DNA of 64,000 nt from Leucoraja ocellata (lineage: Eukaryota): the NCBI GenBank assembly GCA_036785375.1, contig JAWMAR010000419.1:620001-684000 (forward strand). Direction: 5' to 3'. A program made the position numbers and the translations under genes. The notes under the pieces were generated by a model, which was not told the DNA's origin, ran no database searches, and worked only from the letters and a program-made list of their open reading frames with translations. The first letter of the stretch is position 1. Every line of letters begins with the position of its first letter. Shown in pieces: positions 1 to 11,949 of the stretch.

Positions 1-200
1 ACGGCAGCACCCCAACGCATCCACCAGTAGGCGTCTACATCATGGTACTGGTGAAAGCATGGGGCCCGCATATCATCCCGGAGTTCTTTTTTAGGACAGG
101 GCCCAGAGCGGACCCCATGGAAGATGCGCCAACCCCACACAGCAACACCGCGACAGATGAAGAGCCGGAAACCCAAGAAATGAATATTCTACCGGTAACA

Positions 201-2610
201 ATGGAGGTAGGTGGGACTGGTTCCTTCCAGAACATAAAAGGTGCAGGGCCTTTACTAACGGGGGGAAGGGTTACACCTGTTTTTGGAAGCATGGAGGGTT
301 ATCACTCTCGACAATTATATACTACAAAGTATTCAGGGATACAAAATTGAGTTTGTTCAATAAAGTATGCTGCCAGTTCAGCATGCACCCCACAGGGAGT
401 TTACCCTCTCACAAAAAGAAAAATGCGAGGAACAGGCAGAACTGGTGAGACTACATACAAAAGGAGTCATAGAGAAATCGGAACATGACCCTTTGGAATT
501 TGTATCAAATATCTTTACAAAAACCAAAAGAGATGGTGGATGTCGCATCATCATTGACTTAACGGCATTGAATACTTTTGTCAAGTATATACATTTCAAA
601 ATGGAAACATTTGTTATTGCCAAACAATTGATTTCCAGAGGATACTTCATGGCATGCATCGATTTAAAAGATGCATACTATTCAGTACCCATTCATAAGG
701 ATCATCATAGATACCTAAAGTTTAACTGGATGGGGCAACTATGGCAGTATATAGCGTTGCCTAATGGGCTAACATCAGCTAACAAGACTATTTACCAAGA
801 TATTAAAACCGGCCCTGGCAATACTAAGAAAACAAAAACATATTGTCATGGCATATCTTGATGATATTTTGATAGTGGGCAAAACCCTGGAATTAGCTAA
901 ATCAGCAGTATTAGCTACCAAACATTTATTTGAAACTCTGGGGTTTGTCTTACATCCAGATAAATCTAAGTTGAAGCTATCCACAACTATGGACTATCTG
1001 GGATTCACAATTAACTCAGTCCACATGTCTGTAATGTTGCCAAAATAAAAAGCAGCAGAATTGGCACAAGCCTGCAACAAATTAATGATTGCCAATCAAC
1101 CAACTATTCGACAGGTGGCAAGAGTAATTGGGAAATTAGTAGCTGCATTTCCAGCTACCCAGCTTGGACCTTTGCATTACCAAAACTTACAAAGAGCAAA
1201 GGTGCAAGCGCTAAAACAACATGCAGGTCATTTTGATCGAACCATGAAATTACCAGCTAAAGCAATATCAGAATTGCAATGGTGGAAAGTGAACATTTGG
1301 CATAGTTCCAGCCCCATCATTATCAATAACCCAACATTCACGATACAAACAGATGCTAGTGCTCAAGGCTGGGGAGCAACTAACATTATATCTAGTACGG
1401 GTGGTAGATGGAACATACAAGAATCATCACTACTACAGACCCTGTGTATAAACTATTTGGAAATGTTGGGTGCGTTTTATGGGCTAAAAGCTTACTGTTC
1501 AGCTAAGCACCATTTGCATGTCCTCCTACAAATTGACAATACCACAGTGGTGGCCTATATTAATCATATGGGCGGGATAAAATCGATATCATGTGATAAT
1601 CTGGTCAACACAATCTGGCAATGGTGTATCGACAGACATAGTTGGCTATCAGCAACTTACCTACCAGGTAAGCTTAATACAGTGGCAGACACCAGGAAAA
1701 TTCAATGATAACACCGAATGGATGTTAAACCCCAAAGTATTTGCTGAAATTACAAAGCAATATGGAACACCAGATATCGACCTCTTCGCATCCCAACTGA
1801 ATCACCAGGTATCCTGGGATTCTTGGGATGTCAGGACTTTCATATGAAGAAAGACTGGATAGACTCGGTTTGTACTCGCTAGAATTTAGAAGATTGAGGG
1901 GGGATCTTATAGAAACTTACAAAATTCTTATGGGGTTGGACAGGCTAGATGCAGGAAGATTGTTCCCGATGTTGGGGAAGTCCAGAACAAGGGGTCATAG
2001 TTTAAGGATAAGGGGGAAATCTTTTAGGACCGAGATGAGGAAAACTTTTTTCACACAGAGAGTGGTGAATCTCTGGAATTCTCTGCCGCAGAAGGTAGTT
2101 GAGGCCAGTTCATTGGCTATATTTAAGAGGGACTCAGATGTGGCCCTTGTGGCTAAAGGGAGTATGGAGAGAAGGCAGGAACAGGATACTGAGTTTGATG
2201 ATCAGCCATGATCATATTGAATGGCGGTGCAGGCTCGAAGGGCCGAATGGCCTACTCTTGCACCTATTTTCTATGTTTCTATGTTTCTATCAACATATGT
2301 CACTTGGGAACCAGACCCTGAGGCAGCAGCGATGGACGCATTCTCGCTGAACTGGGGAAAATTGTTTTTCTATGCCTTTCCCCCCTTCTGCCTCATCAGT
2401 CGGGTACTACGCAAAATACAGATGAACTCTGCTTCAGGCATTTTGGTAGTACCCGACTGGCCTACACAGCCATGGTTCCCTGTGGTCCTTGACGTGGTCA
2501 CTAAACCACCCATGACCATTGCCAGGAGACCAGATCTGTTGGTCCACCCTGTCACAGGCGAGAGACATCTGTGCCATGACAGAATAAATCTGTTGGGTTG
2601 CAGAATGTAA
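201..2610 (+). pseudogene. DIRS pol: RT-RNase H-methyltransferase-like ORF, frameshifted and interrupted by a CR1 insertion
   Basis: ORF fragments 367-861, 848-1048, 1061-1708, ~1700-1813 and 2288-2610 join into one DIRS pol once frameshifts and the 1814-2287 insert are removed. Confidence 0.92.
1814..2287 (+). mobile_element. 5'-truncated CR1 LINE 3' end inserted in the DIRS methyltransferase domain
   Basis: YEERLDRLGLYSLEFRRLRGDLIE..TRGHS C-terminus and (TTTCTATG)n tail; TATC on both sides; removal restores NHQVSTYVTWEPDP. Confidence 0.93.
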
Positions 2611-3570
2611 AAAGACCATTATTGGACCTGGGACTGTCAAACAGGACCATGGACATGATGACAGCATCTCACTGACAATCCACCAAGAAACAGTACCTCA
2701 CCAGCATCAGGAAGTGGGAAGCGTACTGTTCAAAAGCAGGGACAACATATAGAACAGCCACCATAACGAACGTACTGGAGTTCCTGTCCAGCCTTCACTA
2801 CGATGAAGGTCTGAGTTACAGTACAATTAATTGTGCTAGGAGTGCTCTGTCAGCCTATCTATGGCAGGCACCAGGACAACAGTCCATAGGATCACATCCG
2901 CTGGTGGCCAAATTAATGAAAGGCATCTTTAATACCAACCCCCCTAGACCAAGGTACACCCAGATCTGGGACGTAAGTGTTGTCCTGTCATTTCTAAGGG
3001 GATGGTCATCAGCCAGATCCCTGACTCTGGAACAGCTCAACCTGAAAATGGTAATGCTGATGGCTTTAGTCTCAGCCTAAAGGGTCCAGTCCCTACACCT
3101 TCTCAGACTGGACAACATGGTCATATCAGCTGACCAAGTTACATTTACTATCTGGGAGCTGGTTAAGCAGAGCAGACCGGGAACTTCAGGACTAACTATG
3201 GAATTCTGGGCGTACCCACCTGAACCCCGTTTATGTGTCATGACACATTTGCTGCAATATCTCAACACAACCAAAGAATCCAGAGGGAGAGAAAAGGCAC
3301 TATGGGTCAGCTACAAAAAGCCACATGGTCGGGTGTCGGTACAAAACATCTCTAGATGGCTCAGACAGGTATTGGGAGCTGCTGGGGTGGGTACTGACAT
3401 TTTTACATCTCACTCCACCAGGGCAGCAGCTATATTGGCGGCTAGGAATATGGACGTGCCATTGGACCATATCCTGGCAACAGCGGGATGGTCCACGGAA
3501 ATAACTTTCCAAAGTTCTATAATAAGCCGATTGCTAAACCTGTATTATTTGCAGAAAGGATTTAAAATTC
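2590..3570 (+). pseudogene. DIRS tyrosine recombinase with premature stops and a frameshift
   Basis: STKKQY N-terminal domain, RVQSL, SHSTRAAA (HxxR), and ATAGWS..TF followed after a frameshift by FYNKP. Confidence 0.92.
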
Positions 3571-3741
3571 TGCAAATATATAATTTAAGCCCGGGGGAGC
3601 GTTATTTTTCTTTGTTTAAAATAAATATTGTTATTGTTTTTTAAAAAACTGATTACGATAACATACTTCCTCCCTTGGATGACTTCGGCAGTGAGTGAAG
3701 CATGGACTGTTACACGGTTTGAAATCACAGAGCTTTAAAAT

Positions 3742-4078
3742 CTTCACGTAGTCACTCACGTGACTCTGAAGTAAAATAGTAAGATTAAACGAGAACTTAC
3801 CAGTTTGAAGTTTGATCTTTATTTTATGAGGAGTTACGATGAGGGATTACGTGCCCTCCGCTCCCACCCTCAATTATAAAGGTCAACTGGTATCCTAGTT
3901 CTTCTTATCTTTACTATGTTTATTTCAATTACTGTGTTTTCTGTGATTCCACACCGCTGCTTTGAAGAATGTCGCACATGCGTGCTGGCGGGGTCTTCAC
4001 GTAATCCCTCATCGTAACTCCTCATAAAATAAAGATCAAACTTCAAACTGGTAAGTTCTCATTTAATCTTACTATTTT
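3742..4078 (+). repeat. DIRS copy 1 internal complementary region (ICR) and right terminal repeat
   Basis: 3773-3853 is the reverse complement of 3998-4078 (81 bp, 1 mismatch); 3742-3776 resembles the reverse complement of the left terminus seen in copy 2. Confidence 0.92.
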
Positions 4079-4262
4079 ATGTATGAATTAATATCATAAA
4101 GTAGTTTATTTGGAAACGAGGAATTTCTAAAATAATGATTTTTATTGTTACTTATATGAGAATTGTAGGACAATCTAATTTACCGGGAATAGCACGTAGA
4201 ATCTATGCAACAAGGGCAGATACATGGACATGTTGTAGAGCAGGCACATTTTTAATGATTAA

Positions 4263-5035
4263 CTAGACGACGAGCGTGGTCGAGGGCGGGAGTGGACCCG
4301 AACGAGGCCGTGGGCGGCATGAACCCGAGCAAGGCCGTGGGTGGGCGTGTACCCGAGCGAGGCCGCGGGCGGCATGGACCCGAGCGTGGTTGAGGGCGGG
4401 CGTGGACCCGAGCGAGGCCGTGGGCGGCATGAACCCGAGCAAGGCCGCGGGTGGGCGTGGACCCGAGCGAGGCTGCGGGTGGGCGTGGACCCGAGCGTGG
4501 TCGAGGGCGGGCGTAGACCCGAGCGAGGTCGCGGGGGTCGTGGACCCGAGCAAGGGCTCACCGCTGTGGTCTCGATGTCTCCTTCACCACCGCGGTCTCG
4601 ATGCCTCCTTGATGGCCGTGTAAAACCCCAGCTGGGGCGTCGTGGGTAGAAGCCTGGGTCAGAAATGTCATTCCGATGTCCGCTAAGCCCGGGTCGGAAA
4701 TAGCGGAATGTTAATTTAAATGCGGCCTTCCCCAACGTCACTGGAAGCTGGTGGCCGCCCACTCACCCTTGGTGGCCGCCCACCTCCCCTTTGTGGCGTC
4801 AATCGAAGCGGATTGGTTTGCCGTTTAAATCGTTGGTGTTCGCTATTTTAAAACGCTGTAACTTGAGAAATATAGCTTGTAATGTGAATTAAAGCCGTTC
4901 ATTTTGTCGACGGGGTTCATGTGATTAATAATGTGAACATTTCTGCGCTAGCACGTGCCATTTTGACAAACGTAGGTAGATACAGATAACACAAACACGT
5001 ATACATACATAGAAGATGGGACTTTTAATAGTATA
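4263..5035 (-). mobile_element. Non-autonomous Helitron-like element A
   Basis: Minus strand begins TATACTATTAAAAG and ends GTCTAG followed by T; contains a GC-rich minisatellite. Confidence 0.55.
4272..4556. repeat. GC-rich minisatellite, 27-28 bp unit (ACCCGAGCGAGGCCGTGGGCGGCATGG-like), about 10 copies
   Basis: ACCCGAGC recurs every 27-28 nt with alternating unit variants. Confidence 0.9.
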
Positions 5036-5882
5036 CTAGACCAAGTGGACGTGGGGGGACTCGCGGCTTCTCAGGGGAGGGCTGGTCACCGAACGCAATA
5101 TTCCACCACTCACCCATAGGTCCCAATACTCACCACTTCCTAGAGAGGGAGGGGGTTGAGAGGGAGGGAGGAGGTAAAGAGAGAGGGAGGGAGGGGGTAG
5201 TGAGGGAGGGGGGGGATAGAGAGGAAGGGGGGGGGGGGTAGAGGAATGGGGAGGTAGAGGGGGAAGGGGTTGAGAAGGAGGGGGAGGGGTTAGAGAGGGA
5301 GGGGGAGTGTAGGGGGTAGAGAGGGAGAGGGAGGGGAGTATAGAGGGAGGGTTGCGGGAGGGGGAGGGGTATAGATGGAGAGGGACAGAGGCCCTATCCC
5401 ATCTCCCTCCTCCTCAATTCCTTCATCCTCCTCCCTCACTCCCATTCCCTGCCCCAGGACCTACCCAGGTCATAGAGCGATGCCAGGGTCTGGACAGCTT
5501 GAGAGCCCATTGTGATTGGTGCACTGTGAGGGGCAGCCAGCTTGAGAGGCCATTGTTAAGGTTGGCAACGTCCTATTGTGATGTAATTGTGGCAATCGGC
5601 AGGCAGCTTGAGAGCCCATTGTGGTTGGTGCACTGTGAGAGACATTGTGACATCATCACTGGACGCTCTCTGAGAAAGCGGTTTTGCCTTTTTTTGAAAC
5701 TTTAAATCATGAATAACTTCGAAAATATAGGTAGGTGTGTGACGGGTAGATGTTTATCGCTTTGATGGGGAAAATGTGAGTAGGAAATGGGAAGGCTGTG
5801 GTGCAGCGTTTGGAAGAAAATAGGAAAAAGCAGAGCAGAGTGACACATTGCCAGCACAAACAAAGAGTTTTAGTAATATAGA
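5036..5882 (-). mobile_element. Non-autonomous Helitron-like element B
   Basis: Minus strand reads A|TCTATATTACTAAAAC...GTCCACTTGGTCTAG|T; internal purine/pyrimidine low-complexity tract 5143-5460; same 5' terminus as the element at 43440. Confidence 0.65.
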
Positions 5883-5975
5883 TAAAATAGGCTTGAATAG
5901 CTAAAACAGGCTCGGTTTTCACATTTCACTTGAAATAACCAAATGATCTAGCCTCCACAAACATTTGGTATAGAG

Positions 5976-8900
5976 AATAGTAAGATTAAACGAGTACTTA
6001 CCAGTATGAAGTTTGATCTGTATTTTATGAGGAGTTACGGTGAGGTATTACGTGAAGATCCCAGCCCAGTGCGCAGGTGTGGCATACTTCGAAGCAGCGG
6101 TGTGAAATCACAGGATAGACACAATATTTGAAGTAAGATAGTAAAGATCATGAGACATCAGTTTATTAGTTTGATCTATATATTGAGGGTGGGAGCGGAG
6201 GGCACGTAATACCTCACCGTAACTCCTCATAAAATACAGATCAAACTTCATACTGGTAAGTACTCGTTTAATCTTACTATTTTACTTCGGAGTCACGTGA
6301 GTGATTCCGTGAAGACTTCAAAGGTCTGTGATTTCAAACCGTGTAACAGTTTTTATTTCACTCACTGCCAAAGTTTTTGAGGGAGGAAGTGCTTTCGTAA
6401 TCAACCAGTGGATCTGCTTTCACAAGAAACAGAAAGGTTTCAACATAAAGAGCTCCCCTGAGCTTAAATTAAATTAATATTGCAGTTTGTAATATTCTTT
6501 CTGCAATTAAATCAGGTTTATCAACGGTTTATAATTAAAAATGTTCTGAACGTCGTTCCCTTGACCATTCTGCCGTATCGAGAATGTGGTCAACCGGGAT
6601 GTCCATTCGTTCAGCCGCTGATATCAATGCTGCCCTAGTGGAATGGGATTAAAATGTATTATTATCTATTCCGGCAGCTTTCAGTACCTGTTTGAGCCAC
6701 CTTGGAGTGGTTTGGCTCGTACCCCGTCTTGGGGTTTCTGTGGTTGACCCATAGGCTTTCCTCTCCCTCTAAGATTGTGGGTTGTGTCTATATATTGTAG
6801 TAGATGGGTCACCACACTCAACCTGGACTCTGGTGGGTAGGCCCGGAATCCCACCAGTGAATTGGGCGTTCCTGGTCCATATAACCATATAACGATTACA
6901 GCACGGAAAACACAGGCCATCTCGACCCTACTAGTCCGTGCCGAACTCATAATCTCGCCTAGTCCCATATACCTGCGAGTTAGGTTTTTACCAGACCTAG
7001 AATATGAACGTGATGCGTCTGGGGTAATCACCATGTTATCCAGTCTAGTTTTATGGAGTGACTGGACTCTGTGAGCGTATACGAGAGCCATAAGCATGAG
7101 CGTTTTTAACATAGATTGAGCAAGCTGAGGGATCTGGCTGGTGCCATTCTCTGAGATATGTCAATATCACACCGATATCCCATACATGGGTATACCTCCA
7201 TGCTCTGCTGTCCTGCTGTTTTAGATAAGCAGACAAGGTGCTCCATGCTGTATTTACGGCACTGTAACTCACCTTTTAGTCATGGTGTAGATGTTCCAGG
7301 AACTCCAATACGTCAGTGGTTGAATAGTTTGGTATGTTGTCCCTGCGTCGTGGCAGTATTTTACCCATGTTAGCTCTTGGTGACTGTTCGCAGGGATGCC
7401 GACATGGTGGTAATGGTTCCTTTGGATAATCCCAGTCCCTGGTAAGGTCTATTCTAACCCTGCACCCAGGAGTTTGATGTTTTTCTGGCATGGGTGGCTT
7501 ATGCCTGATACTGGGTTGAGTCAGCAACCATGGTCCACTAGGGAAATCCATAGGTGACTCGCCCACCATGTCGTGATGAACTGGGAACCATGGCTGTGTA
7601 GGCCGGTCGGGCACGTTCAATATCTCGGAGACAGATTCCATCTGTATTGCGAAGTGCCCGACTGATGAGGCAGAAGGGAGGAAGGCAAAGCAGAAATTCC
7701 CCCTTCCAGCGTGTAGGCATCTATCGCTGCTGCCTCTGATCTGGTTCCTAAGTCACATACATAGGTTACTGGTGATTCCGTCTTGTGCAACCAAATTGAT
7801 ATCTGGCTTTCAAACTGCTTAATACCTTTAGCAGATATCTTGGGTTTGACATCTATTCAATGTTATCATAAATTTTTACCCGTGACGTGGTGTCTCCCAC
7901 TGTGTTCTAGCTTCCTAGGACATAGGCAGCTGATAGTTAAAATGTCTTTTGACACACCATTGCCAGATCTGTTTGACCAATTTGTTGCACAATAATGATT
8001 TTATGCTCCCCATATGGTTGATATAAGCCACCACCATAGTATTATCAATCCGTAACCACATATGTACGTGCTGCATTTGAAATGCATATGCTTTTTAGCC
8101 CAATAGGCGATCACCAATCCCAAGTAGTTGATGCCCGGTGTGTGTAGTAACGATGTTTGTGAATTGGTCCATCTGTTACCTGTGCCGGATATGGAGTTTA
8201 GTTGCTCCCCAGCCTAAAGTACTGGCATCGGTTTTTAATAACCAAGTTGGGATTGGTGATGATAATAGGGCTGAAAACTATGCCAAATATATGTCTGCCC
8301 ACCACCGTAATTGTGATATAGCTTCAGTGGGTACATTCATGATTTGATTATAGTGACCCAAGTACCTTGGCAAAGTAACAGTCATATGGATGGAATTGTT
8401 ATTGAAGCCCAGATAATCCATGGTAGTTAACGGCTTCAATTCTGGTTTATCTGGGCGTGGGATGAACCTCAGAGCTTTAGGGAGCTGTTTCGTAGCTAGA
8501 ACTGCTGCCACAGCTAATTCCTTTGTTTCCCCTAATATGAGGATATCATCCAATATATGCCATGATTATGCTTGTTTTCTTAATATTTTCATGGCCATTT
8601 TTAATATTTATAATAGTTTAGGGCTGAGGTTAGACCATTGGGAATGCTCTATGCTCCCATAGTTGCCCTAACCGGGATATCCATTATCCAGGTAAAAATT
8701 TTTAGGTATCTATAATGATCCTAGTGTATGGGTATAAGATAGTTAGCATCTTCCATATCAATGCTCCCCATAGGTATCCTTTGGAGATCAGATGTCTGGC
8801 AGTGACAAAAACCCGTCTCCATCTTAAAGTGTATATACTCAACAGATTTATTTAGTGATATTAGATCAATGGTGATGCTACATTCACCATCTTTTGTAGT

Positions 8901-10696
8901 TTTGGTGAATATATTCGATACAAATTCCAATGGTTCATGTTTACTCCCATGATCCGTTTAGTAATGAGCCTTTCTAGTTCAGCTTGACCTTCTCTTTCTT
9001 AGAGGGAGAAAATGCCCTTTGGGCGCATTGCTGAACTGGCGGTAATATGCCCAATTTGAATTCGTTTTTATCCACTAATACTGTTGAGTATATTTTAGTT
9101 ATTTGTGACAGCATCCCATGCTTTATCAACAAGTGTAAATGCCCCCCCCGCAGTTAGTAGAACACCCTTATTTAGTGTAAACTGGGAGGAACCAGACTAC
9201 CTATCTCCATGTTTATTGGTTTTTTTTTTCATGACGGCCTAGTTTGCTGGTATGCTGGTGCTGTCGGTGGGGCGGCGCATTTTCCCACGCCTCCGCTCTG
9301 GGCCCCTGTCTAAAAAGAACTTTGGGGGTAATGTGAAGCGGTCGCCAGGCTTTCACCAGTCCTTGTTCGATATTGCTGGTGGATGCCGAGGGGTGCTGCC
9401 AGCTGGGTGTTGGATGCGATGTCCTGCTCGTTCCATGGCCTGCCCTCATGAGGCGCACAGGTTTAACTGCCTCTCTTCCCGCAGCAGCGGTTTGCATTGC
9501 CCCGTATATTTGGGGTTGCGGGCAGGTCTTATATGCACAAATGTCAGTCGAGTATCCCAAATTTGGGAACATCTTAGGCGTCAGCACACTCGTAGTGCAA
9601 CGGGATAGTCTCATCCTGGGAGAACCACCTTGGTGATCATGGCGTCTCGCCTGCCAGGTGAGTATGATCCGTGGAAAACGAGCAAAGGCGGTGACATCTT
9701 GACCCTTCTGTTAGGAGCTTCAGAATTCGCTGCTTTTAGCTCTTGTCTGCGAGTCTGCTGACCCAGCTGCCTGCGGATTTGCCTCTGGAAAGGCCTGCTC
9801 CTGCAGGGCTTTGTTTGGGAAGATGGTCGCGTGGAGGAGCCATGTAGTGGCCCACGACACCCAGTAGCTCTTCCTGATCCTGCTCCCCTGGCATACTGCT
9901 GTTCTCGTCCGCCTGCCCTGCGTTTAAGCCAGCCCAGCCCTGGCCTCCTTAGCTAGCCTCAAAAGAGGGAGCAAAAGGGTGTGCTATAAATTGGAGGAGG
10001 CATAGCTCAAACTCCGCTGTTGCATCAATCCCTCGACAAGGGAGATGGCTGGTGCAATAGCACTGGGGTAGGAGTGTCAGCTCCCTTGGCATTCAGCTAG
10101 TGCCCCTTTTTTCCTGGAGGTTTTGAACTCCATGACCTCCTCTGGCTTGGGGAGACAGACATACTTATTTTTGCTGTCTCCACCTGTTCCAGTGTTGGAG
10201 GAAGCTGATTCCTGTAGAACCTGTAATTTTGGTAAGATTTTTGTCTTACCTGTATTTAGAGGCTGCCTGCCGTTTTTCAGGCGGCATTGTAGCGGTTCCC
10301 GGGCGGCGATTCTCCTTGTCAGGAGTCTGCAGGGTTGCCGGTCGGGTTTTTAAATTTCCCGCCGGTCCGCTGCTGTTAACCAAACAGCTGTTCAGCGGAC
10401 CGGCATCAGCGCAGCTCCCTGCAGCGGTCCGCAGCGTGTGCGGTCCCGTTAGCGCCTTTCCCCCTCCACTGTCGGCTCCTTCGCTGGAGTCGAACGGGGG
10501 CCGCTTCCTCTGCTGCTTTGCTCCCCCTGGAGCAAAAACCACAAGGCCCGATTAAGGTAAGTACTTACCTCACGTTCCTTGGTTGCGGGAGCGCCCGACT
10601 CCCGCTGGTCGCAGTTTGCACAGCTGTGCGATAATGCCGCACCTGCGCACTGGGCTGGGATCTTCACGGAATCACTCACGTGACTCCGAAGTAAAA
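5976..10696 (-). mobile_element. DIRS1-like retrotransposon, copy 2: both termini present, coding regions heavily decayed
   Basis: Remnants of gag (~10550-9213), RT (EFVSNIF..HFKMET, MDDILI), RNase H, MTase (PPFCLISR, PTQPWF) and YR (RVQSL); inverted terminal repeats ~6051-6085 vs ~10635-10668; ICR 6203-6314 matches both ends. Confidence 0.95.
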
Positions 10697-11287
10697 TTCC
10701 ACAGATTCACCATCTTCTATGAGAAATTCCTATGCAACTCAATTTTAAACGACTTTCCCCTCATTTTGCAGGACAACTGTCCCTCCTGCAACAGACCAAT
10801 GGAAGTTGATGAGGTCTTACAATAAAACTTTCTGATAGGACTGAAAGTAATCAGGTAATTTGTTGAATTTTAGTTTGTTTAAAACATTATTTGGGCAATA
10901 AGCATTTTAATTATTGAAAAAAGTTGTTAATGTGTTTTTCGTTAAGCAATTTGAGCGTTTCATTGTTCCAGTAGCAAAGCGAGAGGAAAATATTCCTAAC
11001 TGATATAGGTTTTCACATCATAAATGTTTATATAAAATGTGACTTGCTAACATTTGAGATATCGATTGGCAAAGCATAAGAGTAAGTAAACTGGATAAAT
11101 ATCATTACTATAAATCATATTCAAAACCTTTAGGAGATATGGAAATGGAAATTCAGCAGTCAGATTTTGTCAATTTTTTGCAATGTTTTCATCAGTCAAG
11201 AATTTAAATAAACTAATAATGTGATAGTGTTTGTAAAGTATAAACCAAAATACAAGTTATACATTTTTTGCAATCTGAGATAAATAC

Positions 11288-11389
11288 CATTTCTGCAAAA
11301 ATGCATCCGATGCTCCAAACATCCACCGCCGTTGAGTAAAATTTGCATCCCATTAAAATTTCGGGTGCTCTATACCACAAAGTTACAAC
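11288..11389 (-). CDS. CDK2/CDK3-type kinase, coding exon 5
   Basis: 102 bp, AG/GT flanked, [34 protein letters not shown]. Confidence 0.95.
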
Positions 11390-11949
11390 CTAAAAACAAA
11401 ATATAAAGGAAACATTTTAGTAGTAATTATTTGAATCCAAATCCCCCAAACAATCGCAGAATAAAACATTTTTGGTGCACATGACTGATCAGAGTATAAT
11501 ATGAGCAACAAGCATCAATGGATTTTAGTGATAAGTTACAGGTGTCATTATTAAGTCAATAGAGATCTACATGTATCCCAATATTAATTTATATAAATAT
11601 AATTATGCCGTCTACGTTTTTACTACCTTACAGTCTTTTCTAGTGCAGATAGTCAAGTTAATGTTCAAACTGACATCTATCTCCTTTTGGACTGGCGTTG
11701 ATTAAACTGGTAATTGAAGGCACAAATTGCTGGAGTAACTCAGTGGGTTAGCTGGCATCTCTGGAGAACATAATTAGGTGATGTTTCTAGCCGGGATCCT
11801 TTTTCAGTTTCTACATTAAACTGGTAATTGTTTGGTTCATAAATTTCAATAACTAAGAGATAGATAAATTATGAAGCTTTGTTTCAGTTTGCTATGATAA
11901 AATAAAGCGGCATTCCATTCTACTGAACAAACTGTTTAAATTTAGGTTT

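Larger units (their letters stand above)
1..4078 (+). mobile_element. DIRS1-like tyrosine-recombinase retrotransposon, copy 1 (5' part outside window; disrupted)
   Basis: Domain order is gag tail, RT (IDLKDAY, YLDD), RNase H (TDAS..GWG), adenine methyltransferase-like (IDLFAS, YAFPPF), tyrosine recombinase, then ICR and a terminal inverted repeat ending ACTATTTT at 4078. Confidence 0.95.

Noticed and set aside
4272-4556. CRISPR-like periodic repeat
   Set aside because: No unique spacers, no cas genes, eukaryotic context
4259-4762. Several 100-170 aa Arg/Pro/Gly-rich ORFs on both strands
   Set aside because: Products of a GC-rich minisatellite lacking stops; no domain or splice support
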